Assembly: GCA_965243105.1 (NCBI GenBank) | Contig: CBDEUC010000003.1 | Span: 2,487,541-2,551,540, forward strand | Direction of reading: 5' to 3' | From: Gammaproteobacteria bacterium | GTDB taxonomy: Bacteria; Pseudomonadota; Gammaproteobacteria; Eutrophobiales; Eutrophobiaceae | DNA: 64,000 bases | Part shown: positions 58,452 to 64,000 of the stretch, piece by piece | How positions within the stretch are numbered: the first letter of the stretch is position 1 | How the letters are laid out: each line of letters begins with the position of its first letter | Translations under genes and position numbers: made by a program | The notes under the pieces: generated by a model | What the model saw: the letters and a program-made list of their open reading frames with translations, nothing else | Told to the model about the DNA's origin: nothing | Databases searched by the model: none

Positions 58452-59774
58452 TCAGCTGGTGGCGTCTATCACTTTCCTGACGCTGGCAAAACCTTTTTCC
58501 AGTTCATCAACGCTGGAATCAAATATCGGGCAGAAAGCCACGATGTCACCGGTCGTCCTGACCAGCAGGTCTTCCTCCCAGAAACACTTCTTGTGGATCT
58601 CCATGCCGCGAATGCCGACTCCATCTGCAGAAGGCTTTACGTCTATGGCGCCCATTAAACCAATGTTTCTTACGTCGGTAACATCAGGATGGTCGTCAAA
58701 ACTGTGCAGCATGTCTCCAAAGGCCTGCTCCAGTGCACGGGCCTGTTCAAAAGGACCATCATTCTTATAGATGTCCATGGTGGCAATACCGGCTGCGGCA
58801 GCCACCGGGTGACCGGAATAGGTATAACCATGAAACATTTCTGCCATGTGCTCCGGTCCCTGCATGAAGGTTTCGTAGATTTCATCCCTTACCAGTACAG
58901 CACCCATGGGAATCACGCCATTTGTCAGGCCCTTTGCCAGGGTGATCATGTCAGGCATCACGCCGAAACGCTCCGTGGCAAAGGCATGCCCGAGACGACC
59001 AAACCCGGTAATGACTTCATCAAAGATCAGCAGGATGCCATGCTTGTCACAGATATCTCTCAGTCTCTGCAGGTAACCCACCGGGGGTGGCAACACGCCG
59101 GCGGAGCCGGCAACGGGTTCCACGATGACCGCAGCAATATTACTGCCGTCATGCAGGGCAATGACACGTTCCAGGTCGTCGGCAAAGTGCGCACCTGATT
59201 CTGGCTGTCCACGACTGTTTCGGCTGTTTTCAGGATCGTGGGTGTGCCGAATATGATCGACACCGGGGATAAGGCTCGCACTAAAGGCCTTTCGATTTGG
59301 CAACATGCCACCCACGGACATGCCACCGAAGTTCACACCATGGTAACCCTTCTCCCGGCCAATCAGGCGGGTGCGATTACCCTGGCCTCGAATGTTGTGA
59401 TATCCAAGTGCAATCTTCAGCGCTGTATCAACCGATTCGGAACCCGAGTTGGTAAAAAAGCAGCGAGTAAATGACGGTGGTGCCAGGTCAACCACCTTTT
59501 CTGCCAGTTCAAAGGACTTGCTGTTACCCAGGTTGAAGGTCATTGCATAATCCAGTTCAGCGACCTGCTTCTGAACAGCCTCAACAATTTTCGGGTGGCA
59601 ATGCCCAAGGCCACTTGTCCACAGGCCTGATGCCATATCAAATACATCGCGGCCATCGGTCGTGGTGTAGTAGCGACCACTTGCGGAGGCAATCACTCGC
59701 GGGTTTTTCTTGAAGTCCCTGTTCGGGGTAAAGGGCATCCAGAGTGCATCTGTTTTTTCTGCGGTGGTGTTCAT
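58452..59774 (-). CDS. Class III aminotransferase (beta-alanine/omega-amino acid:pyruvate transaminase-like)
   Basis: PLP-fold-I AT-III motifs. Co-oriented with mmsA. Confidence 0.8.
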   Translation of the reverse strand: MNTTAEKTDALWMPFTPNRDFKKNPRVIASASGRYYTTTDGRDVFDMASGLWTSGLGHCHPKIVEAVQKQVAELDYAMTFNLGNSKSFELAEKVVDLAPPSFTRCFFTNSGSESVDTALKIALGYHNIRGQGNRTRLIGREKGYHGVNFGGMSVGGMLPNRKAFSASLIPGVDHIRHTHDPENSRNSRGQPESGAHFADDLERVIALHDGSNIAAVIVEPVAGSAGVLPPPVGYLQRLRDICDKHGILLIFDEVITGFGRLGHAFATERFGVMPDMITLAKGLTNGVIPMGAVLVRDEIYETFMQGPEHMAEMFHGYTYSGHPVAAAAGIATMDIYKNDGPFEQARALEQAFGDMLHSFDDHPDVTDVRNIGLMGAIDVKPSADGVGIRGMEIHKKCFWEEDLLVRTTGDIVAFCPIFDSSVDELEKGFASVRKVIDATS

Positions 59775-59943
59775 GGCTTTGCTACCTGCGTTGTTTGGCT
59801 AGAGGGTCAAAAGTGAATCGAGAGTATAGAAGCTATTATCTATGTTAAACAAGCAGTTAGTCGGCTGATTCCAGGGTATTGAAACACATGGGTTTTTCCT
59901 TAAGAATGTTCAGTATAATAAACACTTTTGAAAGGCTGGAATA

Positions 59944-60492
59944 ATGGACAAAGAAGTAGGTCAGCGCTTACGCGCTATTCGCAGGCGCATGGGGATTTCC
60001 CAGCGCAAGCTCGGGCGCCAGGCCGGCGTTGCCAACGCCACCATTTCGCAAATCGAGTCCGGACAATTGAATCCAACCGTCAGCATGCTGAAAAAAATCC
60101 TCGACGGTATTCCCATCAGCCTGTCTGAATTTTTTTCCGATGACAGTGATATCCAGGAAAAGATTTTTTACCGTGACAGTGAACTCATCGAGATTGCCGA
60201 AGGAGGCGTGAGTTTTCGCCAGGTAGGTTCAAACCTGCGTAACAGTGCGATCCAGCTCCTGAAAGAATGCTACGAACCGGGAGCCACGACTGGCCGGCAT
60301 GCGCTAAGCCATGATGGTGAAGAATGCGGAATTATTCTAAGCGGCAGGCTGCAGGTTGAAGTGGGCGATCAAACCGGGGTACTGAATGCGGGGGACGCCT
60401 ACTACTTCAGGAGCGATCAGCCGCACCGTTTTCAAAACCCGGGAAACGAGAAATGTGAGCTCGTCTCTGCCTGTACACCACCCACTTTCTAA
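59944..60492 (+). CDS. XRE-family HTH transcriptional regulator with C-terminal cupin domain
   Basis: N-terminal HTH_3 (LRAIRRRMGISQRKL). C-terminal cupin. Divergent from the aminotransferase gene. Confidence 0.7.
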   Translation: MDKEVGQRLRAIRRRMGISQRKLGRQAGVANATISQIESGQLNPTVSMLKKILDGIPISLSEFFSDDSDIQEKIFYRDSELIEIAEGGVSFRQVGSNLRNSAIQLLKECYEPGATTGRHALSHDGEECGIILSGRLQVEVGDQTGVLNAGDAYYFRSDQPHRFQNPGNEKCELVSACTPPTF

Positions 60493-60513
60493 GCAGGAAT
60501 AAGCCCGGCCTGT

Positions 60514-62952
60514 TTAGAGACCAAGCTTGGCCAGGCTGATGTCTTCACACTGCTCCTTGATTTCCTGGTAGCTGTCATCGAGGCTGACCAGCTGGCTGGC
60601 AACCCTGGGTGACGCCAGGAAGCGATCAAACATGGGCGAGGTGCGGAAAAAACCAAAAGGCTGCCAGCCCCTGGCCACCATCTGTTGCAACATCTGCAGG
60701 GCGCGGTCGGTTTCCCCGGTCATGTGAAGTAAGGCAACATTAATACCCGCCAGGGTCGGCGTGTTCCAGCCCAGCTTGCGTAGTGACTCGAGTCTTTCAA
60801 AAGCCTGTTGAAAGAATTTGCCAGCCCGCGTGTTATCACCATCAAGTTGCAGCAGGCTATCGCCATGATAAATAAGCGCGGCAATCTCTATCTCCGGCTC
60901 AAGCTTGGCGCAATCGCCCCGGGCAACCTTGTTATGAAATTCCGAGAATCCTTCACCAACCTTTTCGAAATTACCATCAAGGTATGCAGACATTCCTCGC
61001 AGGTAGCTCACCAGCAGGCCCGCGCAGGCCGGCGGCATGTGCTTGCCCTTGTCAAATTCCTCTGAGTCCATGAACTCGGACAGTTCGAGTATTCCCTGGC
61101 CATCCCTTCGTGCCACGGCAATGCTGCCTTTGATCCAGGCTACCTGCCAGTCGTTCATCACGTTTCGGTTATCAAGAACGATGCGTTCCGCCTTGTCTTC
61201 ATCTCCGAGCTGGATCAGTGCTTCGACAACAATGCGATCTGTATAGGGCTTGTACTCGGTGCTGAAGGAATGCCCGGCTACCAGGTTCAGTACCTCGTCA
61301 AACTGGCCAAGCGCAAGACGTGCTTCGATCATCAGCTTGATGAAATTGTCGTTGGGATTCGTCCTGGAAAATTCTTCGAGAATATTAAGCGCTTCCTCGT
61401 AGCGGCCCTGCATCATCAGGGCGTGTGCGTAGTTGAACTGGACCTTGGGATGCAAGGGGTCAATACGCAATGCATCGCGGTAATGATCGTGTGCTTTTTC
61501 CACGTAGCGCGAATCAAGCCAGGAATTACCCAGCCACATGTGGGCCATGGAATACTGCGGTTTTAACTCCACTGCCTTGCGATAGGCAATGCGCGCCTGC
61601 TCCGGCTGACCGGATTTTTCAAAAAACATGCCCCTTGATGCATGTGCTTCAGCCAGGTCGGGTTCGAGCTCAAGTGCCCTGTCAATGGCTGCGACGGCCT
61701 GGTCTCGAACATCGTCCATGGACAGTGGGCCGTAGGTAGTCTGGAAGACCAGTGCATCGGCAAGCCCGGAGTAGGCGAGCGCGTACTCCGGATCCAGTTC
61801 CAGCGCCTGGTTGAAGTAGTCCACTGCCTGCTCAATGGAATCTGCAGTGCGCTTGTGCCAGTGGTGACGCCCGAGGTGATAGTAGTCATGGGCCTCTACG
61901 TTCTCGGTCGCGCCCCTGTATATTTCTTCCGTACCTGCCAGTGTCGCATCGATTTGCAATGTGGGTGCAAGCTGGCGTGCAATTTCACCGGCAATTTCCG
62001 TTTGCAGTGCCAGCTTGTCATCGGTGTCCCGCTCGTAGCTCGCGGCCCAGATGGAGTAACCATTGCGCGCATCGGTAAGCTGGGTAGTGATACGCAGGTG
62101 GTCCCCGTTGATCCTGACCGTACCTTCAAGCAGGGCATCCACATTCAATTGTTCACCTATGGTGCGGACATCCATTGGCTTGTTCTTGAATACAGATGAA
62201 GAAGTCCGCGCTGCCACACGCAGGCTCGTGGCAGACATCAGGGTGTTGCGAATATCTTCTGACAGCCCATCACTGAAATACTCGTGATCGGGATTTCCAC
62301 TTATGTTGAGAAAGGGTAGTACCGCGAGGGATCGAATTTCGTCCGACGCGACATCAGCGTTTCCGCTACCAGCCAGCAGGTCCCTGGTGGTAATGGGATC
62401 AGCGGGGGCGGCCTGTAGCGTGCTTGCTGTTTCAGGGACCGGTTGCTGCATCAGGGACTGTTCCCTCTCGTCGATAAGGTTGGCAACCAGCATGATCAAA
62501 AGCGGTCCAAGAATGACCATTGCGGCCCTGGTCAACAGGCTATTACCGGCCAGTGATTGCGCTGCGGATACCAGCCAGGGTTTTTCTTCGTCATCTTCGC
62601 CCGGGACTGCAGGGTAAAGGGGTTCAACCGGCGCAATCAGGCTATAGCCACGCCGGGGAATTGTTCGAATGTAGATTTTTTCCCGGTCAGTGTCGCCGAG
62701 GACAGTGCGAAGTTCGGAGATACAGCGGTTGATGGCGTCATCGCTGACAATGACTTTTCCCCAGACTTCTTCCAGCAGGGCGTCCCGTGTCACCACCTCG
62801 CCCCGGTGATGGGCCAGGCAAACCATGACGTCCATGACCCTGGGTTCGACGTGTACCTGGTAAGTGCCCTTGCGCAAACTGCCGGCAAGCGGCCTGACTT
62901 CCCATTCCCTGAGGTTAAAACCTCGAAGTAAAGCATCTTTCTCGATGTTCAT
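60514..62952 (-). CDS. Membrane-anchored winged-helix (CadC/ToxR-like) regulator with TolB-N-like and TPR domains
   Basis: N-terminal trans_reg_C-like winged helix. Single TM (AAMVILGPLLIMLVANLI). LAVLPF... TolB-N-like segment. Multiple TPRs. Confidence 0.6.
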   Translation of the reverse strand: MNIEKDALLRGFNLREWEVRPLAGSLRKGTYQVHVEPRVMDVMVCLAHHRGEVVTRDALLEEVWGKVIVSDDAINRCISELRTVLGDTDREKIYIRTIPRRGYSLIAPVEPLYPAVPGEDDEEKPWLVSAAQSLAGNSLLTRAAMVILGPLLIMLVANLIDEREQSLMQQPVPETASTLQAAPADPITTRDLLAGSGNADVASDEIRSLAVLPFLNISGNPDHEYFSDGLSEDIRNTLMSATSLRVAARTSSSVFKNKPMDVRTIGEQLNVDALLEGTVRINGDHLRITTQLTDARNGYSIWAASYERDTDDKLALQTEIAGEIARQLAPTLQIDATLAGTEEIYRGATENVEAHDYYHLGRHHWHKRTADSIEQAVDYFNQALELDPEYALAYSGLADALVFQTTYGPLSMDDVRDQAVAAIDRALELEPDLAEAHASRGMFFEKSGQPEQARIAYRKAVELKPQYSMAHMWLGNSWLDSRYVEKAHDHYRDALRIDPLHPKVQFNYAHALMMQGRYEEALNILEEFSRTNPNDNFIKLMIEARLALGQFDEVLNLVAGHSFSTEYKPYTDRIVVEALIQLGDEDKAERIVLDNRNVMNDWQVAWIKGSIAVARRDGQGILELSEFMDSEEFDKGKHMPPACAGLLVSYLRGMSAYLDGNFEKVGEGFSEFHNKVARGDCAKLEPEIEIAALIYHGDSLLQLDGDNTRAGKFFQQAFERLESLRKLGWNTPTLAGINVALLHMTGETDRALQMLQQMVARGWQPFGFFRTSPMFDRFLASPRVASQLVSLDDSYQEIKEQCEDISLAKLGL

Positions 62953-63201
62953 AAGTCCCCTGAATTGCCTTTAATTACTCGTTATTTTGCAACCCTTATG
63001 CTTCATGCAAGAGAGGAGAATAATCCCCTTAAGCTCTTGAGACAACTCCTGTTTTTAAAAGTTCATCAGCTTTCCATAAGGTTTGAATAGACAAAAAACA
63101 GGCTTTCAGAAGCATAACTCTGTTTTCCCTACAGGATTCGATCCCTGCGATGAATGCATTATTTGCCGCGACGAAACGCATGAACGACGGAGCGCCAGCA
63201 A

Positions 63202-63885
63202 ATGGCAAGACCCAGGATGAGACTGCTGTATTTATTGATTTTCTTTATACAACAGCAGGTTAGTGCAGAAATTGGACCGGGAACGGTGTTCCGGCCGAGT
63301 GCTGCGCGAGTTTCGCCGGCGCTCCCCAGCCTGCTGCTCTCACCATCGAAGCGCGGTATTGAATCTCCTGGCAGTGTCTCTATCACCTCGAGGGCCTACC
63401 AGGGTGAGCTCGAGGCGGTCATCGCGGCGAGCCAGCGCTTTAACCCTCGATCCATCGAGGAAGACAGGGAATACATGGGCGCCATCCTGCAAAAGGGCGG
63501 TGACTATCACTATACCGTCGCGCCGGGTGAGACGGGTGAAGACCGTATTACTGTCAGGGTACCGGTGCCAGTTGGCGCCACCATCGTGGCTTTCTGGCAC
63601 ACCCACGGTGCCGAGGCCCATGCGAGGGAATATTTTTCAGAGGTGGATACGAAGCTTGCAATGGACTGGAAGCTGCCTCTTTACCTGGCTGACTACACCG
63701 GGGTGTTAAAGGTTTTCAGGCCCGGTGACCAGGTCCTGCCTGTGAAAATGGCACAGGCCCATGGTCTACCACCGAAACGCGGTTTTGCCACGGGCAGGAT
63801 TGTCGCCGACGACGCTGGGGATACGGTGAAGATAGCCACGGGCCTGCCAGCGAACAACCTGCTTGGCAGGCTGGGAGTGGAATAA
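63202..63885 (+). CDS. Hypothetical secreted protein with an HxH...SxxD (JAB/MPN-like?) motif
   Basis: Signal peptide (QQVSA). FWHTHGAEAHAREYFSEVD motif. Confidence 0.4.
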   Translation: MARPRMRLLYLLIFFIQQQVSAEIGPGTVFRPSAARVSPALPSLLLSPSKRGIESPGSVSITSRAYQGELEAVIAASQRFNPRSIEEDREYMGAILQKGGDYHYTVAPGETGEDRITVRVPVPVGATIVAFWHTHGAEAHAREYFSEVDTKLAMDWKLPLYLADYTGVLKVFRPGDQVLPVKMAQAHGLPPKRGFATGRIVADDAGDTVKIATGLPANNLLGRLGVE

Positions 63886-64000
63886 GCAGAAGACGAGAAA
63901 AAATTTATTACCGGTTTACCCGCGCACGAATTAGCCCCGGCGGGGCGACAGAAAGGCGCACTGACCAGCTGAAGGGTAATAGCGGTGAGGGTCGAGGTCA

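Noticed and set aside
63120-63160. tRNA-like T-arm fragment (caggattcgatccctg) that could mark an island integration site
   Set aside because: No D-arm, anticodon arm or CCA context could be built around it. A 4-5-bp stem with a TTCGATC loop is probably chance.

Overview
Reading the translated ORFs, this is a roughly 55-60% GC proteobacterial chromosomal segment, probably from a marine gammaproteobacterium. It is mostly ordinary metabolism, with one likely accessory stretch. Confident calls: a complete urease operon ureDABCEFG (43.0-48.0 kb), glycolate oxidase glcDEF, a fatty-acid beta-oxidation thiolase/FadB pair, acnD-prpF of the methylcitrate cycle, a stand-alone cheR-cheB pair, thiol peroxidase tpx, a beta-alanine/malonate-semialdehyde module (class III aminotransferase plus mmsA with a divergent XRE-cupin regulator), and a compatible-solute cluster (GH13 sugar phosphorylase, glycosyl-3-phosphoglycerate synthase, HAD-IIB phosphatase). 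The part most worth a second look is a block at about 14.6-22.2 kb that appears lower in GC (not computed). It encodes an ECF sigma factor with a C-terminal extension, a single-pass membrane protein in the anti-sigma position, a short bacterial member of the animal-heme-peroxidase/cyclooxygenase superfamily, a tightly coupled 164-aa protein with no recognisable family, and a signal-peptide-bearing TPR-CHAT (caspase-like His/Cys) protease. A TPR-sulfotransferase follows. This gene combination is not a described system as far as I know. Other oddities are an ABC transporter whose two permeases each carry a large soluble domain (one with an intact HExxH...E zinc-peptidase motif), a 574-aa P-loop protein downstream of the urease genes, and paired TGTCGACA palindromes between acnD and cheR. 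I found no rRNA, tRNA, CRISPR array, transposase or integrase. Coordinates come from the six-frame ORF track, adjusted where an internal start is better supported. Every functional call rests on motif and family recognition by eye, not on searches.
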